NCBI RefSeq assembly: GCF_035594765.1
Contig: NC_085844.1
Coordinates: 55,815,923-55,879,922, forward strand
Source of the DNA: Anolis carolinensis
Taxonomy: Eukaryota
Direction of reading: 5' to 3'
DNA length: 64,000 nucleotides
Numbering within the stretch: position 1 is the stretch's first letter; the number at the start of each line of letters is the position of its first letter. The notes under the pieces were generated by a model that worked only from the letters and a program-made list of their open reading frames with translations, was not told the origin of the DNA and did not search any database. Positions 1 through 13,109 of the stretch are shown here, one piece after another. A program made the translations under genes and the position numbers.

Positions 1-508
1 GCAAGTTGCTCTGTACTGAACTCTGATAGCCTCCAAACTAGTCATTTCCCTGCCTTCTACTTTTTATTGGTCATAGGCTAAGAGAATAATATCAGGAATT
101 GCATCAGTTGGCTTGCTCTGTATCTCAGCTGTCAGAAGGAGAGTGCACTAATAGTCATGATTAAATGCCATTAATTTGTGGAGCAGAACCAGAGATGCTG
201 GCATTGTTTGGGGGCAGGTCTGGTTAAAATTCAGCAACAGTAGCAAATTATGTCTACTATGGATTAAGTGCAGCCATTTTTGATCCACATTCTTTTGCAT
301 GCACTTGAATTGCTGTCAATAAGCTTGTGCCTTATAGGCATCGATTCCTGCAGGCTGTTTGCTAAAGAACAAAAAAGTATTCAATGTTTGAATCTGGGAA
401 AGTATTGTACTTGCAAAAGGCCAGCGTTTGTGGAAATTGGTGACCAAATCAGCCAGGAAATAGATAAATGTACATTTACTTAAGGGAAACTTAAGAGTGT
501 CTTAATTA

Positions 509-829
509 CAGTAGTCTCACTTATCCAAGCTAAACGGGCCGGCAGAAGCTTGGATAAGCGAATATCTTGGATAATAAGGAGGGATTAAGGAAAAGCCTAT
601 TAAACATCAAATTAGGTTGTGATTTTACAAATTAAGCACCAAAACATCATGTTATACAACAAATTTGACAGAAAAAGTAGTTCAACACGCAGTAATGTTA
701 TCTTGCAATTACTGTATTTATGAATTTAGCACCAAAATATCATGATATATTGAAAACATTGACTACAAAAATGGCTTGGATAATCCAGAGGCTTGGATAA
801 GCGAGGCTTGGATTAGTGAGATTCTACTG
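509..829. mobile_element. Non-autonomous Tc1/mariner (Tigger-like) MITE
   Basis: Terminal inverted repeats CAGTAG.TCTCACTTATCCAAGC ... GCTTGGATTAGTGAGATTCTACTG, TA dinucleotides at 507-508 and 830-831, internal repeats of CTTGGATAA. Confidence 0.85.
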
Positions 830-3024
830 TAATGTGTTTTCTTGGAATTCTCTCTATCTCAACTGTTGTTACATTTGTATTTCTCCCTCTCTTTTTATCT
901 GTATTTTATCCATAGGCACAAGTGAAAATACATATGTTCAGTTTTCCTTTAGTTATGTCAGGTTATGATGGCAACCTAAAATCCAAACTTGAGATGTTAT
1001 ACCACCAACATCACTAAATATGTCAGTTTTTTTAAAGTGATATCCCCCTCTATGCAAGCTACATGCAGCACCTGCCCATATCATAGGTTCATAGAGTACT
1101 TCAGTGTATGAATCCATTGTTGTCTTCTTTACACCCTCACTTTCTATTGACAGAGAAGTGTGCTTTTCATGTCTTTGGATACCAGAATGTTAATTCACAG
1201 TTTCATCCTGGCCTGAGTGGACTAACTATAGAAAAACAAACACATTTCGGCATATTTTGACATGTCGGAAGCTATCAAATTATTTTTGGGTGTAATACAA
1301 ATTAATTGAAATCATGAATGGAAGTTTTACATTTACTCCCTCATACACAAAGAACTTGGTGGGATAATGTGTAACCCTGAGATTAGTGCCCGCTCATATT
1401 TGTAACGGAAGACCACTGTTTTCTGACTGTACTTCTTGAGTGTTTTTTTTTACACTATTATCATATAGCCGTATAAGGACAGAAGGTCAAGAATGTTCTC
1501 ATGGATGTTGGTTCCATAGCTCCATGAATCATGTGATCAAGGATATAGATCTCCAATGAAGAGAGGATCCCAGTAGTGCAGAGATTCTCTGATAAAAGCC
1601 ATTACCTTGAATATCATTTACAAATGAGTTGGCAGCCAGCCAATAGGGATTTGGAAAACTAATGTAATGTACTCTGGTTACACTGCATCTTGCATGCAAA
1701 AGTTGCTTGTTCACTTCAAGACTCTTACCTTGTATAGATAGTGAACTAACCTTGAGATGACACAAAGGCGTTGATAAACCCAACAGGCAGAGCATGTGCA
1801 TGCACATTTGCTCAGCATAAATGTAGGGATAGAAGAATCTGCTTGTTTTGCTTTCTAAAGCATTCACAATTTCCTTCAATCTCAAATTAATTTGGTCTCA
1901 TTGCTGCATTGTTTTGTCAATTTTTTGAAAACTTTGCAAAAAAAATACACATTTTAGTATGCAACTGTACCTAGTATCCACTTTGTTCGAAAGTACTTTT
2001 CTTTTTAATATATGTCAGTTGTATACATTTTGTTTAATGTGCCGATTTATGGTTTAAAAACTGATGAGTTACAAAAATAGGTTAAAAGTATGATTGTGTT
2101 CCAGTTCATTTATTGATTAAGGAAGTACAAAGAAGATCAATTTGTATTCCATGGAAACTGAAGTTCATCCGGTCTATAGATAAACTTTCCTTTTAAATTC
2201 AGAGACGTAACGGGTCTCTTTGTGACCAATGCTACCTGCTCATCCATATAGTCAACTTATAAAAGTACTGGAATGATCTCATAGTTACCAACATTTAAGC
2301 AGTTCTCTAGATTTAGGGGCAAATACCTCTCATAGAAATCATTTGGAGTTTGTAGGCATTTCAGATGGAACACAAAGCTGAAAACCTGAAACCTTCTCAA
2401 TGTTAACATGTTACAGATTATTTGTATCGCCTACTAAATGTTTAGATGTAACTCAAGTTGCACTTACCAGCTTCTATGATACTTACAGCATTTTACAAAT
2501 TTAAAACTCTGCTTGTGGGAGTTAAATTTCCATATTGCCATTGATTCTTAAAAATCAGCCCTGAGGCGGAGACATCAAAGATCTCCTCCCTCCCTTGAGG
2601 GCAGATTCTGCCATTTCAGAAGCAGAGGTCTCAGACTGGATCTGAAAGATTTTGTCCTCAAAGGAATTTGCCTGCTAAGTCCTGTCTCTTCTTTCTCCTC
2701 CCCTTTCCCCCCTTCTACAGGGAGCTTTTTTTTCCTGGAAGCTAGATGCCCAGATTAACTAGGTTATAGCCACTTCCGCTAATGTTGCTTTTCTGGTCAT
2801 ATGTAAGATTGCACTTTAGTGTGCATAAAAGGAAGAGCTATGTCTTTGATTTATGATGTTTTGACCATTCAGAGTGGAATGTAGGTCTTTAACACAGATC
2901 TGACTACATGCCCAGAGGGAGGGATAGAGTAAATGTATTTACCAGAACTGAGTTATCCTTACAGTTCCAACACTTTCCATTTTTATAATAGTAGGAACTT
3001 TCATGTAGTAAGGAGGAAGAGGCA

Positions 3025-3387
3025 AGTTGTAGATTTGAATTTAATATTGGGAGGAGCTTCTTGAAAGTAAGAATAGTTCAGCAATAGAACTAATTGCCTA
3101 GAAAAGTTGTGGGGTCTTCTTCTCTGGACATCTTCAGAAAAAGACTGAAGGGATGCTTTAGATGAGTCGTTGGGGATGCTTTAGATGAGTCGTTCTCAAC
3201 CTTTGGGTCCACAAGTGTTTTAGCCTCCAACTCCCAGCCAGTTTTTCCAGCTCTTAGGATTTCTGGGAGTTGAAAAACAAAACATATGGGGACCCACAGG
3301 TTGAGAACCATTGCTTTAGATGGATCTTCAGCTGGAGCAGCAGGTTGGACTCAATGGTCCATAGGGCACCTTCCAATTCTATGATTC
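3025..3387 (+). mobile_element. CR1 LINE 3' end fragment, interrupted by a hAT MITE
   Basis: Degenerate CR1 ORF2 C-terminal sequence (..TTGCCTAGAAAAGTTGTGGGGTCTTCTTCTCTGG..) and a CR1 3' terminus GGTTGGACTCAATGG..CCTTCCAATTCTATGATTC. 5' boundary approximate. Confidence 0.75.
3187..3313. mobile_element. Short hAT MITE nested in the CR1 fragment
   Basis: Ends GAGTCGTTCTCAACC / GGTTGAGAACCATTG; 8-bp TSD CTTTAGAT at 3179-3186 and 3314-3321; internal inverted AACTCCCAG / CTGGGAGTT. Same family as 29373-29492. Confidence 0.85.
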
Positions 3388-3888
3388 AAAGAGGTATCTT
3401 CTCAGTAACTCTGAAGTTATCTAACTCCATACATCTATCAACAGACACCTTGCTATGCCCCTTCACTATTTAATATATAGCAAGACTTCTTGCATTTTCA
3501 CTTCCTGACTTACCCTTATCTTTTGGAGCAGGTTTATTGCCTCATTGACATGGGAGAGATCAGTCATCATTGTGTTATTCCACTATTGCACATTTTAATC
3601 AGTCCAAAATCATGATTATATGAAATTTCAAAAAGTGTGCAGAATATATGGCTTTATTTTTAGCTTAGACTAGATTGTGTTAACGACAAAGGTATCACTT
3701 GAATCTCACAAACACAAATAGAAATATAGCATTGCTTGTGTAGTAAAAGAGGACATCCTATAGCAGAATATGATTACTGGTTTGTTGTACTGTTAAAATA
3801 GATACTAGTATATTTCTAATATAATCAGTAATAGAAGTGGCCATGTAAATGTGTAAAAAACCCCCTCAAATATGGCAAAATGAACTGA

Positions 3889-3949
<61 letters not shown>
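3889..3949. repeat. (TTA)n microsatellite, probably the tail of a short minus-strand retroelement end extending to about 3990
   Basis: About 20 TTA units followed by CTTGCCCACCTCTCCTCATGGCTTGAGGCGGGTCACA, resembling an inverted L2-type 3' end. Confidence 0.8.
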
Positions 3950-4068
3950 TCTTGCCCACCTCTCCTCATGGCTTGAGGCGGGTCACATCAATTATACACA
4001 CATCTACTTAGAATTAAGTTGTCAGAGTTAAAATGAAGACATGTAGGTATCAATTCGTTTGGTTAAAG

Positions 4069-4789
4069 CAGGGGTCCTCAAACTTTTTAAGCCGAGGGCC
4101 GGTCCACAATCCTTCTGACTGTTGAGGGGCCGGATTATCATTTGAAAAAAAATACAAACAAATTCCGATGCACACTGCATATGTCTTATTTGTAGTGCAA
4201 AAACAACAACAACAACAACAACGAAAGAACAATACAATATTTAAAAATAAAAACAATTTTAACCAACATACATTTATCAGGATTTCAATGGGAAGTGTGG
4301 TCCTGCTTCTGGCCAATGAGATAGTCAAGTTAATTAGGGTTGTTGTTGTTGTTGTTGTGTGCCTTCAAGTCATTTCAGACTTTGGGTGAGCCTAAGTCTA
4401 AAATTTATTATTTATTTATTTACTGCATTTATTTACTACATTTGTATCACACCCTTCTCACCCTAAAGGGGACTCAGAATGGCTTACAAATTATATGTAC
4501 ATACAATATATTATATTATTAGCATAGCACAATATTAGCATTATATATTACTATATTGAACTATACCACTATACTGTAATATTATTAGTAATATTATATG
4601 TAATATAGAATATATAATCTATATTATTATATGGTATTATTATTAGTGTTATATTGTATTACATTATAATATTATGATCAATATTATATGTATATACAAT
4701 ATATGATATTATAAAACTGAGGGCGGGGGCCAGATAAATGACCTCGGAGGGCCGCATCCGGCCCCCGGGCCTTAGTTTGGGGACCCCTG
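4069..4789. mobile_element. Non-autonomous hAT DNA transposon, 721 bp
   Basis: 16-bp TIRs CAGGGGTCCTCAAACT / AGTTTGGGGACCCCTG (15/16 match); perfect 8-bp TSD GGTTAAAG at 4061-4068 and 4790-4797; subterminal GGGCCG motifs. Confidence 0.92.
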
Positions 4790-5321
4790 GGTTAAAGCAT
4801 ACCTTAATTCAGCTTAATTACTTGTTCTTCAGGATTTCATAAAAGCACATCCTTTGCCATTCTGTTTTTATTCAGGTTTCAGCAAAAACTTGGTTGCTAA
4901 CTTCATTGTGGAAGCCATTACAATCTTTCCATATTTAGAACATATCTTGGTCAGATTACTATGCCACACTTAAGGAGTCATCAATGTGAACCAGATGCTG
5001 CAGTGCCTGCAATGTCAAGGATATATAATAAACAAGAACAATAGCATGTTCTTGCCAGCCAAGACATTGAAACATCTGGGAATAATTCTGGATATTATTT
5101 TTAATGGTTTTGTCCCCCGAGAGCCAAATAAGGGTCTTGCAAGCTTACTTCATTAATAGCTCGAAAAGACTGTGTAGGACTCATAGGATTAGTTTGGTTT
5201 TAAGGAATGACATTGTTTGCCAGGAGGTGGTATAATGTTCCTGTTTCCCTGCCCCAAACACATTTTTTCTCTTTCTTAGGGGTATAGCAGTATCTCAGCA
5301 TAGGATTTTCAGATTTCGGCT

Positions 5322-5549
5322 GGCTCTCCATATCTAGCGATTTTGTATCCAGGGGCTCAACCATCCACCACTTGAAAATAACCCACCCTCACCAAAAAAA
5401 TCCATAAAATCAAACTTTGTTTTTGCCATTTTATATTAGTGACATCATTTTGCTACACTATTGTATATAGTGATACGAACACGTCCACAGATTTTTGTCT
5501 CCATTGCGGGTCCTGAAACCAAACCATGGTGGATACCAATGGTCCACAG
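5322..5549. mobile_element. Degenerate Tc1/mariner-type MITE
   Basis: Co-linear similarity to 60626-60850 (TCAACCA.CCAC..., AAACTTTG.TTTTG.CATTT.ATA, TGTATATA, GGA.ACCAA.GG.CCAC). Ends eroded. Confidence 0.55.
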
Positions 5550-5919
5550 TTTGTCATATCAAACTACCACTCTTTCTCATAAATTCAAGGAAGTGAGGAT
5601 GGGTTTGTATTTGAGTTTTCAGATGTAGGGAATTCATTCACAAAATGAAATTATTCATAACACTGAACATGGAAAATAGTTTCAAATATATCACCTGGCT
5701 AGAACTCAAGACAGTCATACTAACCACAAGGTTGGTACTGTGTAAACTGAATAAACTATAAACTCTAATACATTGAGTAAATTATACTAGCTGAGTCTTC
5801 AAAGTTGTTACATTGTTCTTCAAATTGACTAGGCCACATCTGGACTGAACATTTGTAGTTTCAAACTGGTATTGAACAAACAAACAAATCTTTATTATGG
5901 TCGTCATAAGAGAGAGTAG

Positions 5920-6319
5920 GGTACGGTCTCATAAAACCCTCCCTCTCTTCTGAGACCTCCACGTATCCCGGCGTTGCCCGGCTGGAGCGGCAGCAGAAGC
6001 CGAACCTGGCCACCTCTTCCAGGCTCTTGCTGCTGCCGCCGGACTTCACTCTCTCACCTACCTTTCCTTGCTCACTCATCCGGCAGGAGCAGCATTCCTT
6101 CTTAGATGGCTACAGGAGCAGAGGCAGCCAGAGCAACATGGCGGGCCTGGAGCAAGGGCCCAGCCGGCACTGGTAGGAAAGGGTTCACTATCTCCCTGAG
6201 GCTTGCAAGGGGGAGAAAGGCCACATAACAATTAGAATAATGTTTAAATGTATACCCCAGTTTCCCCATGAAACAGCGAGTCCATGATAAGCGAACCGTA
6301 AAGTAGCGGGGAAACACTG
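5920..6319. mobile_element. Partial Tigger-like element with a GC-rich interior
   Basis: Right end GATAAGCGAACCGTAAAGTAGCGGGGAAACACTG|TA is the reverse-complement counterpart of the left TIR at 61582. Left boundary not resolved. Confidence 0.5.
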
Positions 6320-6828
6320 TACCCTTGTTTGTATTTCCCTCTCTTTATGCCTTTGCACAGAGGCCCCTATAATTATGTCACCAGCAGTTCTTCATTTCCC
6401 AATTTCAGGAACATGGCAAAATTGCAATAGCTACTTCAGAGATTCTATAATATTTACAATCAGGAATGTGAAGAGATTCAGGGCCCATCTACATGGGCCA
6501 TGTACCTCAAAGCGGTTAAGAAATTTCTCTGTGTTGTACACATGATGCACACGGCTGCCTCAATCCCAACACATGGTAAAGCTGCATAGCACAGATTTGT
6601 TCAACATTAGGGAAAAGTTGGGGGAATTCTCCAAAGCTTCTGTGAAGCTTCAGAACAGCTTTGGGAGCATGAATAGTTGAGCTGGTACCAATTTGAAATC
6701 AGACCCACTATTCACACAGGTCAGTGTCATCGCCCCTCTTTCTTTGCGCCCTGTGGCATGGGGAAAGGGAGATGGCACTTACCTGTTTTTGCTTTTTCTC
6801 ATGTAGCAATGGTCACTTTAACACCAGA

Positions 6829-7050
6829 AGCCAGTGTGTTGGAGTTGTTTGGGTGTTGGACTAAGGGTCTGGAGACCAGGATTCAAATTCCCATTTGGCC
6901 ATGGAAACCCTCTGAGTGACTTTGGGCAACTTAGACTTGCTCAACCTCAGAAGATGACAAAGACAAAACTCCTTTGAACATATCGTGCGAAGGAAACTCC
7001 TGAAAAGGGTCACCATTAAATCTAAAATGACTTGAAGGCAAACAACAACA
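6829..7050 (+). mobile_element. tRNA-derived SINE with (CAA)n tail
   Basis: B-box-like GGATTCAAATTCCC at 6879-6892, CORE-like GTGACTTTGGGCAA, 3' end AAATGACTTGAAGGCAAACAACAACA. Confidence 0.7.
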
Positions 7051-7084
7051 GACCTAATTTAGCCTGTATAATGTTGTTTTATAT

Positions 7085-7285
7085 TACATAGATAAAGCAT
7101 TATGATTCTAATTCAACTGTCTTGAGTACATTCTATTGAATCCTAGGATCTGTAGTTTAGAGAGGGCTATCTAGCATTCTCAGCCAAAGAGTATAGCGTC
7201 ACACCGTTGCAAACTGGGATTCCACTGGATACAGCCATTGCAGTTAAAGTAACGTCATAGTGCTTTAATTATAAAGTATGAAAGG
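7085..7285. mobile_element. Old palindromic MITE-like repeat
   Basis: Imperfect inverted ends TAAAGCATTATGA / TCATAGTGCTTTA, with an inner GAATCC / GGATTC pair; a related fragment lies near 53325-53430. Confidence 0.45.
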
Positions 7286-8061
7286 GTTCCTGTTTTTCTA
7301 TTTCCAGTGAGCTTTTTGCTCACCACAGTGATTCAAAGAATCACACCTAAACTCCGTTTCACTGAAATGGGACTCATTTGCTTATTAAATACCTACTAAA
7401 ATCAATCACACCAGAAATATTTTTATTTTGTTTCTCGAGCAGAGTGGAGATAATGCTAAGAGAGAGTTATTGCATTGTACACATCTATGTTCTTAGTAGA
7501 CAAAAATATATGAATAAGACCTTTGTACATTTTACTTTGTCCCAAATTAATGAACAAAGTAGTAATGAGGAAACGGTAGGAGGAAGAGAGCAACTACTAT
7601 AGTACCTCTCCTCTTGATTTCTGGTAATGTTTAGCTTGAACAAAAAAATAAATGTATGATTTGTTTATTATAGATGAGTGGCATTGTGTAGTGTTAACCA
7701 CCGAAAACTGAAACTTACAATAAAACGAGCTTTCTTATTTTTTTTGTTTACCCTTCAGGATACTGTTTACCTTATCACTATAGGGGAAGCTCGCATTGTA
7801 TCCTTTTTAGAAACTGCACTGAGTTCATTCTGTATCTCCGGGTCTTGGACTGGCGTGGCCAATGATGAAATGGGCATGTCAGCCTGGGGTTAAGAAAGCT
7901 GTACAGGGAGCTGTTGGACTCATTTTCTCTCCCTCTCGCCCCGCCTGTCTCTTTCTCCCCACCCTTCCTTTCCAAAACAGCTCTCTCTCCCTTCCTCTCT
8001 TTCTCGCCCCCTCCTTTTCTTCCTTCCTTCCTTTTTTAGCTGAAATTATCCCCCTTCTCTC

Positions 8062-8417
8062 NNNNNNNNNNNNNNNNNNNNNNNNNNNNNNNNNNNNNNN
8101 NNNNNNNNNNNNNNNNNNNNNNNNNNNNNNNNNNNNNNNNNNNNNNNNNNNNNNNNNNNNNNNNNNNNNNNNNNNNNNNNNNNNNNNNNNNNNNNNNNNN
8201 NNNNNNNNNNNNNNNNNNNNNNNNNNNNNNNNNNNNNNNNNNNNNNNNNNNNNNNNNNNNNNNNNNNNNNNNNNNNNNNNNNNNNNNNNNNNNNNNNNNN
8301 NNNNNNNNNNNNNNNNNNNNNNNNNNNNNNNNNNNNNNNNNNNNNNNNNNNNNNNNNNNNNNNNNNNNNNNNNNNNNNNNNNNNNNNNNNNNNNNNNNNN
8401 NNNNNNNNNNNNNNNNN
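8062..8417. other. N gap (356 bp)
   Basis: Run of N. Confidence 0.99.
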
Positions 8418-8638
8418 TTGGACAGCCCGAGGAAAACTTGGGAAGCATCAGGAAGTGAACTCAATCACCTTGGGGATGAGAGGGTAGAGCCAGATGAAGG
8501 CATTTGACTTCTTTTGTAACTCCCACTAAGGACAGATTGCCAGTGTGTGATCCAGCCTCTATAACTGCAAATCAGACCCTTTCCCCTATGTCGATTTCAT
8601 TAGAATGGCCAGCATGGTGCAGCACGAGAAAGGGAGCG

Positions 8639-8817
8639 NNNNNNNNNNNNNNNNNNNNNNNNNNNNNNNNNNNNNNNNNNNNNNNNNNNNNNNNNNNNNN
8701 NNNNNNNNNNNNNNNNNNNNNNNNNNNNNNNNNNNNNNNNNNNNNNNNNNNNNNNNNNNNNNNNNNNNNNNNNNNNNNNNNNNNNNNNNNNNNNNNNNNN
8801 NNNNNNNNNNNNNNNNN
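8639..8817. other. N gap (179 bp)
   Basis: Run of N. Confidence 0.99.
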
Positions 8818-10093
8818 GGGCCCTTGGAGAGAAGGCTAATTATAGAGAGAGGAATTGTGTTTACTGGTCTGTCTTGGGCAAAGATATGGGAAGAAGAGCA
8901 ACCAAGTTTTGCAGCTAAACATGAAAATTGTGTTAATAGAGATATCAAGGCGCTGCTTGTAGGTTGTCACATGGCTAACCATGGGAAGTGAGAGAGATGA
9001 GATTTACCAAAGAGTAAGCACCATTGAGTACAGTGGGATTTACCTCTGAGTAAACATGCATAATCTTGTCCTGTAATGTCATATACACACTTAGTTAAAA
9101 ATTTTAAATGATACAGTACTACACATACACTAAGAGAGACTCACAAATATTTGCTGAATAGAAATATATTCATTATTTAAACAGCTGTCATTATATGTGA
9201 GCCCAGTTCTTTTGCACAAAGATAAACTGAACAATCTATTCTTACTTAAGTGTTCCTGTTTTAAAAGAGTAAATTGCTTCTATGAAATTCATGGAGTGGC
9301 CATAAGCTGACACGCAACATATTAACCTACCACCAGCATTCAAATAAAATTGGGTCATATGCAGGAAAGCTACAGTTATTGCCACTCTGATAGTGTACAA
9401 TACAGTTATGTTTGTGCAACATGTTCTGACAGGATGGACATCAGCCTTTCAAATTCAAATCAAGAGCAATAATATATGTCCTCAGAAGCCCCTAGCACAG
9501 GCCTATCAGGATACTTTGCAACAGGGGCTGATGGGAATTGTAGTTAAATCACCTGAGTGTTCAGGAAGGGTTATTTCAGAAAGTATTGTAGTCATTTTGA
9601 TTTAAAACCCCTATTTTAAGAAACAGAGTATAGTTTATGTCTATATTCATCTTTTATGTAATACATCTATTGAAGCAAGGTTACTAACAAAAGCTCTTGT
9701 GATAATATACTGTTCATTTTCTGTGATGCCACAGTTCATAATTAAAACTGCAGTAAGATTTTTCCACATTATTAAATTAAATTGTAAGTGTTATGCTGCG
9801 TGGAACATACATTCAGTTTAGAAATTGTTGATTTTGCTTTATTTATGGTATTAACAAAATTCACAAGTGCACCTTTTTAGGAAAACTTAGGCTCTTCCAG
9901 ACAGCCTCATAATCCGGGACAAATAAGTGGGACAAAAAAAATCACAGTACCTGACAGTAAGTCCAAGCACAGAGCTGTCAATCCCGGTAAATAGTCCCCC
10001 AACATCCTGACATTCGTTTGTGGCAGATTTTAGAAATCCGCAAGATGGACAGTTGACATCTACCGGAAGTTTACTTTTACTTTTTAAAGATTA

Positions 10094-10212
10094 CTTTTTA
10101 AAGCAGAGGCTGGATGGCCATCTGTTGGGGGTGCTTTGAATTAGATTTTCCTGCTTCTTGCAGGGGGTTGGACTGGATGGCCTGTGAGGTCTCTTCCAAC
10201 TCTATGATTCTG
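10094..10212 (+). mobile_element. CR1 LINE 3' end fragment
   Basis: TTTAAAGCAGAGGCTGGATGGCCATCTG...GGGGGTTGGACTGGATGGCC...CTTCCAACTCTATGATTCT, a typical CR1 3' terminus. Confidence 0.85.
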
Positions 10213-12913
10213 TGTGCTGGACCTCATAAGCACTGGCACAGATATCTGAATGTGCACACAAGCAGATTTCTTGTCATTATATCTCCTCACCCTCCTGCTG
10301 CCTTTCCTTTTTTCCTCATGAGCCACATTTCCCTTTGGTCACTTCCCTCCCATACTGGTGCCCACTGTATAAATTCAAGCTCTTTTATGTTTTATAAACA
10401 TCAGAACAAAGGAATGGTTGCAGAGAGTTCTTATAGGAATTGTTTTCCAATTCTGCTTCCATTTAGCCGCCTGTGTGTCCATGGTTCCATTTGTTTACAG
10501 CTCTCATCAGCTGTTTTGGCATTTTAAAATGTGGACATGTGCTGGAGCACTCCACGCCAGCATATAGGAACAAAATCACGTGTTTTCCTTGAGTGCAGGG
10601 ATGTGAATATGTGCACTTCAAAGCCAAAATCAGGTTTTAAGTGCACCTGTTTAAAATGTGTTTTTTGGTCATTAATGTGATCCAGCGTGCATTTTCAGCA
10701 AACATCCTTTAGCCACTCTACCCTGCTTTTATCTTAGTTTCTTCCACTTTCTAGATCCTGTGTTGAAGGACCCTTAATGATGAATGTGATCCCATACTGC
10801 TTCCAGAAGTATTCATTTTCTTCTGTGCCATTTTCCATGCTAAGTTTCCTGGCAGAGGTGACTGATTCTAGCTTTCTCACATTTTTTCTTCCTAAATATA
10901 CAGAATTTTAAGATTATCCCCAAATTCCACAACTTCTTGTGAACTACTTTTGGGTGTGGATACTTTAGCTATCGGAAGGCATAACACTCCTAACTATTGC
11001 CTTCTGGTCAGAAGGGCAGAATTAAATAAGTCTTTATGAAGGATTTTGTTCATTGAGCTTCTTTTAACAAAAATGCACTTTCCAGCAAGCAAAAGCTCCT
11101 TGAGGATGAAAAAATAATATGTACAGAGAATGTGAACCTGTGTACGTCCTTCAGGGATATGATGCATTGAGGAGACATCTTTGGGAGGCTCCCAGACCAA
11201 AAGGGAAAACAATATATGTGCATGTAAGATGTTACCTTTCTTTTCACTAATGTGTGGCTGATTGTAAAGAAATGCCGTTGTCTCTTGAGTATTGCATTCT
11301 GTAGCTCCAAACTGGTCCCAAGGCACAAAAAATCCAAATAGTAGTCAAACTATATTGAGGGTATTAAAATCTGCATGACATTCAGGGTCATGCTGCACCT
11401 CCTGGTTTAGGAGGTAGAGTTTACCACAACGTCTTCTCCCACCTCCTATCACATTAGAGAGAGATGTGCAGATAAACTCTATTATTGCTAGAGCTATGTT
11501 AGAAAGAAATGTGCAACTGGGTGTTCTTAATTCCATTTTCACTTCAGCAACCCCCAACTAAACATCAAACTGCATTTTAAACACTAGGGAGCTTAAAACA
11601 TGGTTTGTCTCTTCAATGAGACCTAAGGGAGTGACAAACTGCTGAAGTTGAATTTGTTTCATATAATATTTGTATTCTGTCATTTCTCCAAGGAGCTCCA
11701 CAGTCACGTTTACCTCACACCAGTCCCAGGAGGTAGACTACGTTGAGAAAAATTGGCTGCTCAATGCCACCCAATGAGCTTTGTGTCTTGACTGGAACCT
11801 GGGTGTCCTGCTCCTGATCCATCACCATAAGATAACAGCACCTCTGTATACTCATTTATAACACCCAGCACACAAAGTTGGAAGCAGTTCTTCAAAGACC
11901 ATTCCAGATAGGTGGCCTTAGCGTCAGAATCCACGTATCTTGCTGGATACATATGGGATTTTGACATTTTCACATTGATTTCATATGAGACTAGTAAGAT
12001 TTTGAAAAAAGGAGAATGTATTCTGAATTACAGTAGCAAACAACAAAACAAGTACAGGGGGCATTGTTTGGCTTGTTCTTGTCTTCTTCTAGTACAACAG
12101 CTTGTATAAGAAACTTCTAATTCACAAAATCACAATGAGTTGTGGAATAGGTTTTGTAACTGCTTTAGGAACAGCTGGTGAAATGCTTCCTGTAATAACC
12201 TGTGCATCAGCCTTTCACCATTGCTCTCAGCCATCATTAACCTTCTGCAGTGAGTCTGGCCTTCTATCGTTCCCCATTCCTTAATCATCTCCATGCCATT
12301 GTAGTTTCTGACCATTTGCATTAGATGTTAAAGAAAGAGAAGTGCATTTAATTACTGAATTATTTAAGTCTCTTGTTATTTTGTAAGGTCTCTGTGAGTC
12401 TATAGTCAAGATCACTCAGCATAATTAGTATTCCCAAAAGAAGGAAGTTCCCTAGGATACATCCAGGGAGCCTTCCAGTTTAATGCCTTTTTTCACATAC
12501 CCACACTGCTATTACAACTACTACTACTTGTTGTTGCTGTTGTTGTTGTTGATTTTTTTTGTACCTTGATGCACTTTAATAGTTGATATTTGGAATCATT
12601 CTGCTATTTATATTAGAGCAATCATGCCATCATGATATATAGACATTGAAAGATTCCTTTAACAGACCTATTCTTTGTGAATTTGCTATCTGAACTTGTG
12701 GTTATCACCATATCTCATGCAACTGAATTCCACCCATTAATTGTGCACTGCTCAAATTGCATACTGCTATTATCACATGCAGGATTGTAGAAGGCAGGTT
12801 TCCCCTTGAAATGCAATTCTATATTTGAACCAGGATCAGGAGCTGTATTAATTATTGTACTTGTAGAGTAACTGAATAATTAAAGGTGTCGCAGTTTCTG
12901 TGTGATGTATGTA

Positions 12914-12967
12914 AGTAAAGGTAAAGGTTTCCTCTGACGTAAAGTCTAATCGTGTCTGACTCTGGGG
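12914..12967 (-). mobile_element. Sauria-type SINE 3' tail fragment
   Basis: Reverse complement CCCCAGAGTCAGACACGATTAGACTTTACGTCAGAGGAAACCTTTACCTTTAC matches the SINE ends near 30440-30492 and 62233-62287. Confidence 0.8.
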
Positions 12968-13109
12968 AGAAAATATAAAGAAGATATGGTGAACATCGTG
13001 GTTATACGTTGAAGAACATAAAAGACTACTACAAGTGATGTATGTAGTAGTCCTTTATTTTCTTCAACCTATAACCACGATGTTCACCATATTTTCTTTA
13101 TATTTTCTC
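12967..13109. repeat. Long inverted repeat: 67-bp arms, 9-nt spacer
   Basis: 12967-13033 versus the reverse complement of 13043-13109 gives 63/67 identity without gaps. Confidence 0.95.

Noticed and set aside
3849-4522. Poly-Leu, poly-Gln, poly-Cys and poly-Val ORFs
   Set aside because: Translations of (TTA)n and (CAA)n microsatellites.
6829-6900. tRNA genes at SINE heads (also near 26500 and 61980)
   Set aside because: A/B-box remnants continue into SINE bodies with tails; no complete cloverleaf.
7862-8991. ORFs of 110-198 aa around the first two gaps (likewise at 42021-42321 and 56265-56517)
   Set aside because: Artefacts of reading through N runs.
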